NCBI RefSeq assembly: GCF_963921235.1
Contig: NC_086097.1
Span: forward strand, 77,192,001 to 77,256,000
Length of the DNA: 64,000 bases
DNA from: Mobula hypostoma
Taxonomy: Eukaryota
Reading direction: 5' to 3'
This document shows, in pieces, positions 23,119 through 36,248 of the stretch; positions within the stretch are counted from its first letter, which is position 1; each line of letters opens with the position of its first letter. The notes beneath the pieces are model-generated. The model had not been told where the DNA came from. It saw only the letters and a list, made by a program, of their open reading frames with translations, and ran no database searches. A program made the position numbers and the translations under genes.

Positions 23119-26100
23119 GGAGACCATTTGGCCCATTAAATTGATAGTGTCCTATGGAGCCATCATTTTCTCCCTATAATTGATGATTACTCTCCTTATA
23201 TTCCCACCCAGCTTCTAACACTTACTTATATTTTTGGACCAATTTGTGGTGGCCAGAAGGAGAACGTGCAAACTCCACACAGTCAGCACTGGGAGATCAG
23301 GATGCAATCCCGATGGCTTGTGAAGCAGCAACTCTACGAGCTGCACCCGCTGCCACTGTGCGATCGAGAATCTCCGGAGGGGAAGGCCTCAAATCCTCGG
23401 CTTTGCCTACCTTGAAACTAATGGCATTATGATCACTAGATGTACAGTAACATGTTCCCCTATATAATAAACTTCAGTCACATGCCCTGTCTCATTCTCT
23501 AATAAGAGATCTGGTATCACACTCTCTAGCTGAGACTTCTATGTAGCGAATAAGGAAATTTTCCTGAACAAATTTGACAAACACTTTTCCATACAGCATT
23601 TTACAATATTGAGAGTCTCAGTCATTGTGACAGAGAAGATAATAGGGCTGCAAGTCAAGTTTGGGGTAAGTAGAATACCATTATTTGTTTGTACATCTTT
23701 ATGGCAAACATAGTTAATTTCTAATGAAGAATAATTGACCAGGGACATGTTTCTCCACTAGATGCTGCCTTGACCTGAGTTTCTCTCCAGCATTTATTTC
23801 AGATTTCCAGCATCTAGTTTTCGCTTTAAAATTCAATATATGCATCTTTATGCACATTAGCAGCTATTTCTTGAGCCAAGTCAAAATCCAGTTTACTGTT
23901 ATATACACAGTGCATATATGCATCTATGTGATGAACAACTTACTTGCAGCAGAATCACAGGCACATAGGATCATAATCAATATTCACAATAAGATAAACA
24001 TAAATTATACTCATTCATAAAATACAATTAGAAGAAATAAAGCCCATTTTAGTGCCAAGTGGCCAAAGTGTTGCTTATCTGTACTGATTAGGGTTTTGCC
24101 ATTTGGTTCAAAAACAGAATGGTTGAAGAGAAGTTGCCATTCCAAGCTGGCGGTGTGGGACTTCAGGCTTCTGTGCTGGGATCTTTGATGACAGATGTTG
24201 CTTTGAGGAAGCACCTCTTGCAGATACAACCAGAGATTGAGAGGGATGCGCCTATTATGTATTGGGCAGAGTCCACTAATCTCGGCAGCTTGTTATGTTC
24301 CTGTGCATTATGATTACTATACCAGATCATGATGCCACCTCTAAAATTCGTTCCCTAAATCTATACTAAATTCTCCTTTCCATTAAAAGTAAACATTATT
24401 AACTATCCCCGTATCTAATCAGTTTGAATTACTGCTAAGTGAATTCTTAAAGGACAAAGTCCACTTAAACAGTATCAGTCAACACAATAATTATTTTGGT
24501 AGTTTCAAAAATCAGTTATTTTAAAAAGGAAACTTACATGGTTTGGCAAACAATATAAAGTAAATGCACTCTGTTGGGTATTAGATCATACTTTATGATC
24601 ATTAGGAAAATGGGAGAAAAAAGAAATAGAGTATGTTCAGGTTTTAGCTGGACATGAGATCTCCAAATTATTCCATGAAGATACCCTTTTCTTCCAGTTT
24701 GCCTGTGCAGTAAACATGAGATTTGGTGTTATGCCAAAGTCCATTGCTTTTTGTCATGGTCTACTATAACAAACAGAATAGCTAAAACCTTTTCAAAAAA
24801 CCCTTCAAATTGTACTGACTACATTCCAAATGCTTTGCTTTTTTAAATTTAAGATACTGTGCTACTATCTGCACAAAATGGCTTGGCATTGTCATGAAGT
24901 TCAGTTTCTGCTCATATACTGAAATATGGGATAATAGATTGTACTTGTATACTACACTGGCAGGTCAGGAATCCTCAATTTCTTACATACATCTTTTTCA
25001 GACTGTTATGCGGGTGGGGAGAAGACATTTTGTAGAGTTGCCTTAGGTTAGCTTGGTGTACTGCAATAGCTTCATGTATTTTGAATGTACTTGTGAGGAT
25101 ACATCAGCATATTTGTTTTGCCCTTATACGATATACAAAATATGCAAATATCCAGGCTGAACCCATAACTTTTGGTCTTATGATTAAAATCTCAACGAAC
25201 ATTATCAGACTTCATATTACCAGGATGTGAAATGAAGTCTACACATTTTACAGATCCTCTGAATTAATGTACAGCCACTTTACCCTCTTCGTCTACCACT
25301 TCTCATAAATTAGACTGCTCCAACAGAAATAATTTTTCATTATAACACCTCCTCACTTTTTTACCACTTAATATGCGGTGATTTTGAGAGTGCTCCTATT
25401 GCAAAACAGTGGCATTTGGTTTTTGAATAATCCCAGGCTTTTCACCTGCACCATTCTTCCAGGAATCAATTCCACATGTTAATCAGCAAGTTGGAAGGTT
25501 ATGGATTTCAGTTCCATTCTAGAGAGGAGCACAAAATGTACAAAGAGCTTTTATTGCTGTATCTTGAGTGCTGTATCACTGGAAAATCTTAAGTTCTATG
25601 TACAAGAGTCATTCTAAAATAATTCCAATGCATCGAGGTCAAATTTATTGTCATTATGAACAAGCTTACTTGCAGCAGACCATGAGTTTCAAACCAATCA
25701 CTGATGGCCATGGACTAGAGATGCAGAGAATGTTAAATATCTAGGTGATACTGTGTGTGGCTTGCACATTCTCACTAGTATTGAATCTCACAAAGCAATC
25801 TCATCCCATTCCCCAGACATGCTTATTTCTCCTCTTATCCTAAAGATCTGTTTTTTTAAAAATGGTTAATTGATGACTAAATTGCCACACTGTGAAGGTG
25901 AAGGGGTGTTGATGGCAATATGGGACAACAAATTATTGGGAAAATTTAATGGGGGAATAGTTCTGTAAGTCAGCACAGACTCAACAGACTGAAATGGGCC
26001 ACCTTGGTAATACAATGTCAAATATGCAAATAATGACTGATTTATGTTTCCAATATTAATGAAGTAGTCTATGTAACATTATAATCTTTACCAACATTAT

Positions 26101-26858
26101 CTAGAAGAACAATTGTTGTTACATAAACACAGGAGATTCTGCAGATGCTGGAAATCTGGCATTTTGTGTATATTACTCTGCAGGAAGTCAGTAGGTCAAA
26201 CAGTTCATCAGGGCAGTTGTTACATCTAGATTTGATTAATGTGCAAATTGAGTGTCTAGTTTACAGATACAATCTTGTGATTCTTTCAAAAGGTTGCCCT
26301 GCACAGTTTATCAGGAGGGTGCAAGTCTATTGAAAGATTATAGAAACCTCAACAAGCAAAAGTGAATCCAAATAGATTGCCTAAGTTTGATATCAGCACT
26401 GTAACAATAGTAATTTTCCATGATTTAAAAAAACACAATTATATCTTGGTTCTAAGCTTTGAATTTTTAAATCTAAAATGTGTTTGCTTCAGTCAGCAAT
26501 TCCTACAACTGAGATTACAGTCATAAGTACTTGAACCAACCCAGTTTGTTATTCTTTATAATCTCAGTCAATTTAGCGAGTGGTAAGCTATGTCACAGAG
26601 AAGACGTTAATTGTCTGCACTGATATACTTCTGAAAAGCTACTTTATCTATGATTCAAAGATATGTGGACAGGTAGGTTGATAGGAAAGATTCAATGGGA
26701 TATGGGCACCTTGCTTCACGACGGCTGGGTCAAAGGACCCATTCCACACAGCAGTACTCGATGACCAAGTAGAATGCAAATGCAAAAGGTTCACAAAATA
26801 ACCTTTCACATGAAAGCTATGCACATGTTGTGAATGAATACTATGTAAAGTCAGAACA

Positions 26859-26864
26859 TTTATT
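26859..26864 (-). terminator. Candidate KATNBL1 polyadenylation signal (AATAAA)
   Basis: AATAAA on the minus strand about 590 nt downstream of the stop codon. Alternative signals lie near 25550 and 25645. Confidence 0.4.
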
Positions 26865-27450
26865 TAAGTGCAAACTCACATGAAATGTCTATTTTAATGG
26901 TACAATAAAAAGAATACAGTACTATGCACATTTTGTTAAGGTCACCTTGCTACATGATTAGTAAACAACTGCATGCTCAACTATGGAACTTTAGTGAAAT
27001 GATAACTTACTGCTCTACTGTCATTTGCAAATTTTACAAAGTTGAATCAAATATACAGAAAATACATTCATAGTGTCCAATTGCACTGAAGCAGCATTTC
27101 AGTGGCAGCTGATTGGCACTGGTGTGACAATATTGAAGAACACAGATCTCCTGTCCAAGTTAGGCTGTATAAATCTGGAAAGCAGAATAGTGTCACTTTG
27201 TCAGCTCATGGAGTCGAGTTAAATGCTGCTTGGCTAATAAACCACTTCAATATGAAGTAGCCTCGCATGGTTCAATAGTGGTTTTTAGAACATTGTCAGC
27301 AATGAATGTAGTGCTGAGCTACTGTTGATTACTCCCTGCAGTGCTGGTCTCCCAAACATTTCAACAAACACGGTGATTTATGTGGAGTCGTGAAGCAGAT
27401 GCTACTGCTGATAGTCTTGGAAAATAAAGTCCCCTGGATGCTGCATATAC

Positions 27451-27483
27451 TTAGTATAACTGCTCCAGGTATGTTCCCACATT
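27451..27483 (-). CDS. KATNBL1: KATNB1-like protein 1, last coding exon (NVGTYLEQLY*)
   Basis: tttctgcag acceptor, phase 0, TAA stop. Aligns with the human C-terminus DVDAYLLQLH*. Confidence 0.88.
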   Translation of the reverse strand, partial: NVGTYLEQLY

Positions 27484-27566
27484 CTGCAGAAACAAAAACA
27501 TTTTAAATCATTAAATTTTTCCTTGCATGAGCCTTAGAAGCTCATTTTAGAAACAAATCTGACATA

Positions 27567-28056
27567 CAAGGGATGATTGATAAGTTCATGGCCTAAGGTA
27601 GAAGGAGTCAATTTTAGAAAACCTAGCACATTTATTTTTCAACATAGTCCCCTCCTACATTTACACACTTAGTCCAGCGGTCGTGGAGAGAAGTTGGCGT
27701 TCTGGACCTCCAGCAGTGGTGATTGATAAGTTCATGGCCTAAGGTAGAAGGAGATGAGTTCTACAGCTCTTGTTACATGCACGGGCCATTCAGCTCCTTG
27801 AGTGATTATGCAGAAAGTTTGAAGTTAATAACTCATCTCCTTCTACCTTAGGCCACAAACTTATCAATCACCCCTGCTGTAGACCACTTCTGGAGGTCCA
27901 AGACACTGACTTTGACAAAGAAGGGATCCGTATGCTCCACAACCACTGGACTAAGTGTGTAAATGTAGGAGGGGACTATGTTGAAAAATAAATGTGCTAG
28001 GTTTTCTAAAATTGACTCCTTCTACCGTAGGCCATGAACTTATCAATCACCCCTTG
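27567..28056. mobile_element. Mariner-type palindromic MITE with TA TSD
   Basis: TA|CAAGGGATGATTGATAAGTTCATGGCCTAAGGTAGAAGGAG ... CTCCTTCTACCGTAGGCCATGAACTTATCAATCACCCCTTG|TA. Long inverted arms and an internal second TIR-like pair. Confidence 0.92.
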
Positions 28057-29290
28057 TATAATTAAAACTAAATGGATGTGAGACAACTGTGCATCACCAT
28101 CTTATCGAGGTGACCTAGTTAGTACTTGCACAATTGGCAATTTACATGTGTATTCCAGATTCTATAGGGGGAACTGCAAAATATATATTTTGTCTATTTG
28201 CAATATTGGTAGCTTAAATAAAGATATGTTTACCCATCTTGAGATATGTTTCAAGACAAATTCTAAATGATGTACCTGTCTGGTACAAATCATATTGAAC
28301 TGAAAACTGACATGCAAGGGGACAGAAATAATGAACAAATCAATTACACAAGATAAAACAGCAATACTTAACTATTAAAATCATTAGAAAAGCCTATGCT
28401 ATGTAAATAAATTGACACCTGGAAGGCAGGTTATCGCTACTATGAAATGTGACAGTTCTGGGCATAAAGTTTAGGACTCCTGAACAAGTTCTGAACTTCT
28501 GCTCAACTGATCACCAGTCCTAGGCTAACTGCTTTCTGCAGTAGACAGTGAAAATCTGCAGGAAAATGTACATTTTTAAAGATTATCTAACACAATAATT
28601 GGAAAGTCAGATTTATTTTTTTTATTCAATTAATTCAAATATTAAGTAGCTTTTGAGGATCTTTGAATGTTTGTGAATGTGGGTGGGACTTTATTAGTTC
28701 TCAGAGCAATTCTTAGGGCAGGATTTCTACAGATTTGGTGTGATAAATGCAGTACCTCAACAATATGGTGCAGTCTGCTTTACTTCAGATGCCACAACAG
28801 TGGGTGCAGGTTCCAAAAGCAAATGAGCAACTAACTTGAAAGGTCCAATGGTCAGTGGAAGATCAGTGCCAATTTGTCTACTTTGGAATTCTTAATTTTA
28901 TGTGCATACAAGACTAATTATGTCAAAATTAAATAATTTAAAAACCTTTTTGATTCATTTCTAAAGTAAAAGTGCTGTTTCACAACCTTATCTTTCTTTC
29001 TCAACCTTTATTTGGCTTTCCCTACACAGAGTTAAACCCAATTTATTATTCCTGCTTCAATTTACTCCATTTACATTCTGTCCATCTCAGAGCGGATTCT
29101 TCAATTTGATTGGCTGGAGATTGATCTTGACATGTTCACATGTTCCAGAAATATAGAGAGCACTCTCTAAGTAATTGCAAATTCAAAATCTCAGAAAAGG
29201 TTTGTGATGAATGGTTAAGGGCAGTGCCTCACCAGTGACCAGTAGTTAAAACTGAATAAAGCAAAGATACCATAAGCAAACATTTCTTAC

Positions 29291-29384
29291 CTTAGCCACT
29301 TTTCCAGTATATCCTGGAAATGAAGATAAATGATAGCCCTGTTCTCGTAGCCGTCGTAACTGATCTTTCATAATCACAATGTTT
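29291..29384 (-). CDS. KATNBL1: KATNBL1 coding exon 8 (NIVIMKDQLRRLREQGYHLSSFPGYTGKVAK)
   Basis: 94 bp, ttctag/gtaag, phase 2/0. Matches human [31 protein letters not shown]. Confidence 0.95.
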
Positions 29385-29882
29385 CTAGAAGAAACATTTA
29401 ATTTTAAATTTCAAATTGCCCTGATTAACATTGTCAATGAATAATATTTTTAAAAGAAAAATTACACTTTTACATAGTATTTAATATAGCAATCTGGGGA
29501 GAAGCCTCTAAACAATATATTCTAATAGGCATCATACAGAAAGAGGCTGAAGAGCCACTGATGAATTCCCCACAGAGGCTAGCCGTAAATGATCAATTAG
29601 TACAATAACTTCCTTTCAAGCCTTTGCTACTGTGGAATAAATTCAGTGCAATATAAACTCAATGCCAACAGTAGCTAACTGAGGGCCTGCAAGAGTTTTA
29701 TGCACTGGTGATTGCTATCTACAATTCAATAGGAACTTAGTAAAATCAGTAAGCATGTTTTCTTTAAAATCTGACAGGAAGACATTTTCTACAAAGAAAA
29801 GATTTTTTTTGGGTTTGATTGGGACAGGATATTTAAAGAAATGTTTCTATGTTTATTTAAAAAGGCAAAAGTTTTTGCTTAC

Positions 29883-29987
29883 CGGTCTTCTACATTGGTT
29901 GCATCACTATTTTTTGCATTTGCGGATAGCTCTGGCCACCATCGCTTAAGGACAGCCCATAGCCAGTTCAAACCAACAATCAAGTAT
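29883..29987 (-). CDS. KATNBL1: KATNBL1 coding exon 7 (YLIVGLNWLWAVLKRWWPELSANAKNSDATNVEDR)
   Basis: 105 bp, ttcgcag/gtaag, phase 2/2. Matches [21 protein letters not shown]. Confidence 0.95.
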
Positions 29988-30922
29988 CTGCGAAACATTT
30001 TGATTTATTGTTTGAAATATATTGGCAAAGATATTTACTATTATACATTTTAACAGATCATGAACCAATAAAGACCTTTTTCATAAAATTTGTGTGTTGT
30101 AATGATAGTCAAAAATACAGCTGCGTCTGAGCTTTACATTAGTCTGATACATGCAAACCAGATGAAGTTTGCTTCTGTGATCAATTGATTTGATATACTG
30201 TGGGTGTTGTATTATTCATTTCCCATGGCAAGAATGCACTTTGAGCTGATGTGGTTCAGGTACAAATATAGTTATAAACCCTACTGGATGATCTGGATAA
30301 GGAGATCAAAGATAGTCTGCATTATACATCTTTAATGCAGACTACCACCTACTGATCAAGCCCCACAAAGTAAATCTTCCTCACTACCTAACTCTTCAAC
30401 AATGTGGAATTTCTACTGATTCTTGAACTCATTATCCCTACAGACATTAGTCTGAACTTGATCCAGCCCATGAAATTCCTGGTGCACTATTTAACTAGAC
30501 AGAAACTGACTGGAGTTGCCATAACGTATTCAAGAGCCTCAATACAAACTCAGATCCAGGTATTTCACCAGCCCAACAGATATCATGCAGCTGCTGTGCA
30601 CACCATATTAGGTTCATGTACATTTCGTGAATAGAGGCAAGTGATTCAGTCTGGATTTATTAAAATAAGCAACTTAATTTGTAAAGAGTTACAATTAAAA
30701 ATAAAATGGTTACAATTTAGCTACTGATGAGTAAACAGAAATGTCAGATCTAATTTCTTTCCAAAAACCCTTCCATTTGGGTACTGAAAAATATTGCCAA
30801 ATAAATCAGTCAGCTTTGCAAACTATCTTTACAATGAATGTGAATTCTCCTCCTTGGTTTTCCAATCCCCAACTCAGAGACACAACACAAAAGCTGTTTT
30901 CTACAATTTTAAATATACTTAC

Positions 30923-31012
30923 TCTTCAAACCTGCTTCTTAATAATTCTTGCACCAACGGTAATAGATCAACACAACAACCTATGGAGATGCTTTCTTTC
31001 TCTTCTTCCAAA
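30923..31012 (-). CDS. KATNBL1: KATNBL1 coding exon 6 ([30 protein letters not shown])
   Basis: 90 bp, ttatag/gtaag, phase 2/2. Matches [30 protein letters not shown]. Confidence 0.96.
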
Positions 31013-31100
31013 CTATAACCAAAAACAAGATTAAAAATCACTTGACTAAACCACAAGCATCTTGATGGTAAAAAATTAATTAAAGTATGTCAAATATTAC

Positions 31101-31151
31101 CTCTTTGTAAGTACAGGCAGACAATCTGCAACAACAGCAGTGTCCTGTATT
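31101..31151 (-). CDS. KATNBL1: KATNBL1 coding exon 5 (IQDTAVVADCLPVLTKS)
   Basis: 51 bp, ctgtag/gtaat, phase 2/2. Matches IEDLGVVVDCLPVLT. Confidence 0.95.
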
Positions 31152-31374
31152 CTACAGGTAACAGAAAGATTCAATGTCAAATACAAAAGGATTGAAACAC
31201 TAACTAAAATAGTATCAATATAAAAGGTGCACTATTTCCTACAGTTCTGATATGCTAATTGTATACTGCATTCAGGCATTACAATGAAGATTTCTTGTGT
31301 TATTGTACATTTGTAATGGAGGGGAAACAGAACTCAATGTTAAAGATGAATAAGACATGGTGAATGACAATTAC

Positions 31375-31490
31375 CTGACCAAATAAGCTACTAGCTCACT
31401 TGCACTTTTTTGCCAGAAAGTCAGAGCCACACTAAGTCTTAGGTTTCTACCAAATAGCACTTGTGTCATAGTAGCATGATCCTTGGAAAT
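31375..31490 (-). CDS. KATNBL1: KATNBL1 coding exon 4 ([39 protein letters not shown])
   Basis: 116 bp, ttacag/gtaat, phase 0/2. Matches [40 protein letters not shown]. Confidence 0.96.
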
Positions 31491-32292
31491 CTGTAATAGA
31501 GAATCAAACAGCAAGATTGACAATTTGACAGAAAAAAAATTAACTTGTGCACAGAATCTATGTCCTGTGGAAATGACAATTTACATTAACCTTGAAGAAA
31601 GCCCCTCAGAAAGATTTAGCAATCCCTGTGTTCTCTTGTCTAACAACTTGCTAGAAATTGATTGAAGGGTATTAGATCAAGGGTAATTCCTGCTGACTTC
31701 CACTAGCCAATCAGATTGAAATACTCACACAGACAGCAAATCAAAAACATAACTTTAATTAACAATTCACAGAGCCTAAATATTAAAATAAATGCTTGAA
31801 AACAAATAAATATCACAAACCTTTAAAATAATGAATTATTTTAAAATTCTGGTTTGCCCAAAACGTCGACTGTTTACTTTTTTCCATAGATGCTGCCTGG
31901 CCTACTGAGTTCCTCCAGCTTTTTGACTGCACGGATTGTAAATATTTTAAATTCATATCAATTCAAAATGATTTCTCACTGTTCCACTGAAAACTCTGCA
32001 GTCCAGGATTAGGATAAAATCCCAAACCTTCAATTTCACAGATTAATGAAAATAAGGTTGAATTTCGCCCATTTGTACCATGACAGCTATTTGCTTATAG
32101 CTTACACTGCTTAGTTTACTTCATCCTTGTCTCTGTTCCATCTTTTAAAAATCTGAAAACAGGTTGAAATTAGAGGAATGCTTGAGAATATTTTGAAGAC
32201 CATTTTACTATTTCAATGGATTAATGTTTACTAATTTAATAAGGAACAGTAAATAACTAAATACTACTTAAGTCATTTATGTTTTGTTTGCC

Positions 32293-32947
32293 CACAGATC
32301 CCTGAAGTTGCCTCACAGGTAGATAGGGTAGTTAAGAAAGCTTATGGGGTGTTAGCTTTCATAAGTCGAGGGATAGAGTTTAAGAGTCGCGATGTAATGA
32401 TGCAGCTCTATAAAACTCTGGTTAGGCCACACTTGGAGTACTGTGTTCAATTCTGGTTGCCTCACTATAGGAAGGATGTGGAAGCATTGGAAAGGGTACA
32501 GAGATTTACCAGGATGTTGCCTGGTTTAGAGAGCATGCATTATGATCAGAGATTAAGGGAGCTAGGGCTTTACTCTTTGGAGAGAAGGAGGATGAGAGGA
32601 AACATGACAGAGGTATACAAGATATTAAGAGAAATAGATAGAGTGGACAGCCAGCGCCTCTTCCCCAGGGCACCACTGCTCAATACAAGAGGACATGGCT
32701 TTAAGGTAAGGGGTGGGAAGTTCAAGGGGGATATTCAAGGAAGGTTTTTTACTCAGAGAGTGGCTGGGGCGTGGAATGCATTGCCTGAGTCAGTGGTGGA
32801 GGCAGATACACTAGTGAAACTTAAGAGACTACTAGACAGGTATATGGAGGAATTTAAGGTGGGGGGTTATATGGGAGGCAGGGTTTAAGGGTTGGTACAA
32901 CATTGTGGGCCGAAGGGCCTGTACTGTGCAGTACTATTCTATGTTCT
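32293..32947 (+). mobile_element. CR1 LINE, 3' fragment
   Basis: 179-aa ORF LAFISRGIEFKSRDVMMQLYKTLVRPHLEYCVQFW...; tail TATTCTATGTTCT. Confidence 0.95.
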
Positions 32948-33890
32948 TTACTTTGATCCATCCAATAACTTCCTCTGTTAATTAGCTCAGATTTAAAATA
33001 ATTACTTATGCAATGCATATTGAATAGGGATTAACAAAAAACTCAAATTTAAAGGTAATACATGGAATAACTTTGGAATATTCTCCATACTATCACGTTG
33101 AACCACGACAGACCATACCATACGGATTTAGAAATAGGCATTTATAACAATTTAATGGACTGTTTCTAGGAAGTATTAAGCCCGAAGGCTGTAAAGTAAA
33201 TAATGCTGACTTTACATGTAGGTGAAGCCAGTCAAAAGACACAAAGCCAATTCCAGAGTTGTCTGTCATTTCATCATGCTCCTAAGGTAATTAGAAGAAA
33301 CACTAGTTAAGTAAATTAAATGAAGTTGTTATTGACAGCTGAAATTCAATGATAGCAAACGTGCTACTTGCTATTTCCTTGAATGCAAATAGGTATCAGG
33401 AAATAACAATATATGCAAAAATAGTCTGAAACCCAAATTTGCTGCTCCTGAAGATTTGCTCTGTAAGTGCAATGCACGATGTGACAAACAAGAAACAGCT
33501 AGGTCTGAACACTAGTTGATTTCAAGGTAGCTCACCTGAACACAAGACTAAGGTTTGATTAGTGCAATGTTCTGTGTGGTGTTGGTTTTGAGCAAGAATG
33601 AATAACTGATCATTGCCAGTGATCAGAGTTTAGAAATAATTGTGTGGATAATGACAAGAACAGACCAAGACTGGTTGCAATCATTACCACAACATTCTTG
33701 CCAACACCAATAACACTCAGTTCTCCCTCACTATCTTTTTTCAACTCCTTCAAAGAATGGTTTAACTATTCATTAAAAGGTGTTCTCTTTTAAAGCAAGT
33801 TCTCAATCACCTATACCAAAACCTAGTCATGTCTTAATATGAATTGTGTTAGACAAGATTACCCATTTCAAGTTGTTTATAATAAAGATG

Positions 33891-34004
33891 ATGTACACAT
33901 ACTAAACCCTGTATGTGAGGAGTATGCCACTTAGTCCCTCAAGCCAGATGTACACATACTAAACCCTGTATGTGAGGAGTATGCCACTTAGTCCCTCAAG
34001 CCAG
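33891..34004. repeat. Perfect 57-bp tandem duplication
   Basis: ATGTACACATACTAAACC...CCCTCAAGCCAG at 33891-33947 and 33948-34004. Confidence 0.95.
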
Positions 34005-35968
34005 CTTCACTACTCAAAAAGAGAATAGATGATTTGACTGCAACTTTTAATTCTGCATTCCCATCAAACCCATGGAAATATTACAGCTTGGTTCTCATCA
34101 AGAATCTATTCCACTCTGCCTTCAAAGTATTCAAAGTCTCTGCTTACACCATCCTTTGATGAATGGAGTTCCAAATATTCTCAAACAGGGGTTAAAACAT
34201 CTGCTTCACCTCCATCTTAACAGGGTGGACCCTCATTTTTAACTAGTGATCCTTACTCCTAACTTCTCCAACAGGAAACATGCTCTACACATATTGTAAA
34301 AAGCCTCTTGATCTTGTGTTTCAATCAAATCACAACTTGTTTTACCTTTCCTTGTAAGATAACCCACCCATTCCAGCTATCAAGCAAATCAACCTCCCCT
34401 GGCTTCCAGTGCATCCTGCCTAAATAAGGAATTACAGATGTAGTCCCAATAACACCCTAAATTTCTGCAGTGTAATTTCAATAATGCCGTAATCACTTTG
34501 ACTAGCAAAACACAATGATATCTTTAACTTCCCTTATTAGTTGCTTACTTATATAGTAGTGTTGTGAAAATTGGACACCCAGGTCCATCTGCATCTCAAA
34601 ATTACAGAAACTCACCTTTATATAATACAAGACCATAGACTATGATAAAGTAGCAGAATTATGCCAATTGAGTGTGCCTCAGCATACAATTGTGGCTGAG
34701 TTTTTCCAGCCCCATTCTCCCATCTTTGCTCCATAACCATTAACACCCTCACCAATCAACATACTTACAATTTCTTTCCGCCATATCAATTTCTAATTTT
34801 CCCACATTATATTCCAGTTGATAGATTTTTCAATATCAACATCCATTTATGTAAACTGTGAAAGCTTAAGGCCTTGAGCATTGATACCGTCGTGTAATCA
34901 CTTACAATTTAATTTATATTTGCTATGTAAATTAGCCAGCCAATCTTCACTGGACAGTATGGATTATAATATTCACTGTTGTGGGTCTCCAGTGGTGTTT
35001 GAACACACACCAGTGCAGATGGAATCATAATAGTTCACTTCATAATAACTGATGAGAAACCTATAAAACTAAAACTAAGTTGTACTATTAACTTTATAAA
35101 CAAAGGTTTATACCAAACCTTTATAAATCATTGAAAGGGCCAAGGTAGCAATAATTCTCCTGAAAGCAGGGCACACATCAGAAAGGATGTCAAGAATTTA
35201 GAGGGGGTGCAGTGGGGCTACACTAGAGTGGACCTGGAATAAGGAACTTTATTTGAGTGGGGCAAAAGTAAGGAAGAAAATGCCTATTAAAGTCCTAGGG
35301 CTTTACAGCATGAAAAGCAGATCCTTTGGCCCAAATCCTTCATGCCGACAAAGTTGTCTAACGGAGCTAGTCCATTTGCTTGCTTTTGGCCCATTGCTTT
35401 TAACCTTGCTTATCCATTGTCCTGTTCCATTTAGTGCAGATTCAGTTGAAGTTCAAACTAAGTTTAACTTGTTAAAGCAAATCCACTACTAGTGGCGGAA
35501 TGGTCAGTAACCAGAGACCACAGACAAATGACTCAGAAAACCAGAAGAGGAATTGGGGGGGGGGGGGGGGCGGGGGGTTGGTAAAGAGAACATTTTATTC
35601 TCTTTATACACAATGTATTGCTTAAAAGATAGTGAAAGTAGATTCAGCAATAATTCTGTAAAAAATGCTCGATAAGTGTACCTGAAAAGGAAACATTTAT
35701 ATGGGTTTCCCAGAAAGTGGGACACAGAACTAAACAAAAACAAATGATTTTGTATAAGCTTAGACTGATGACAAGTCTCCAAAGCTGCATTGTTCAAACA
35801 TTCTGTGATTGTAAACCATTTCACAACTGATGGAATGTTTGATACCCAAAAGAGAACTTTTTTGCTTTACTTTAATAAAAGGGTTCTCCACGAAAAACCA
35901 TTTGCTCAATTCCAGAAAGAGGCATAAATAAAAACTTTGTAATGTGATAACAGAAATAGATATCCCAC

Positions 35969-36248
35969 CTGTGCAAAATAATCAGCATATGTCACAGAAG
36001 TACCGTCAGTCTGTGAAGCAGGAAATTCACCAGAGTTCAGCTGTGAGTTGCGATTGTCATTACATACTTTAGGTACAGTTCCTGAACATAAAACTTCATT
36101 TTCTTTATTTGCCATGTCACAGCTCCAAAAGCTTGGTCGCTGCTTTTTGATGTCCACGTTTCTTTGGACTCGATGTCTAGTTTTCTTTTTAGAGCACACT
36201 GCTTTGACTGTTTTAGGTAAGGTTTCCTCGACTTCTTCAGTAGAGGAT
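35969..36248 (-). CDS. KATNBL1: KATNBL1 coding exon 3 (SSTEEVEE...SCDMANKENEVLCSG...YADYFAQ)
   Basis: 280 bp, ccacag/gtggga, phase 2/0. Contains the diagnostic CDMANKENE motif. Confidence 0.95.

Noticed and set aside
35553..35577. G-run as a functional G-quadruplex
   Set aside because: It is a simple homopolymer tract with no supporting context; similar runs occur elsewhere in the window.
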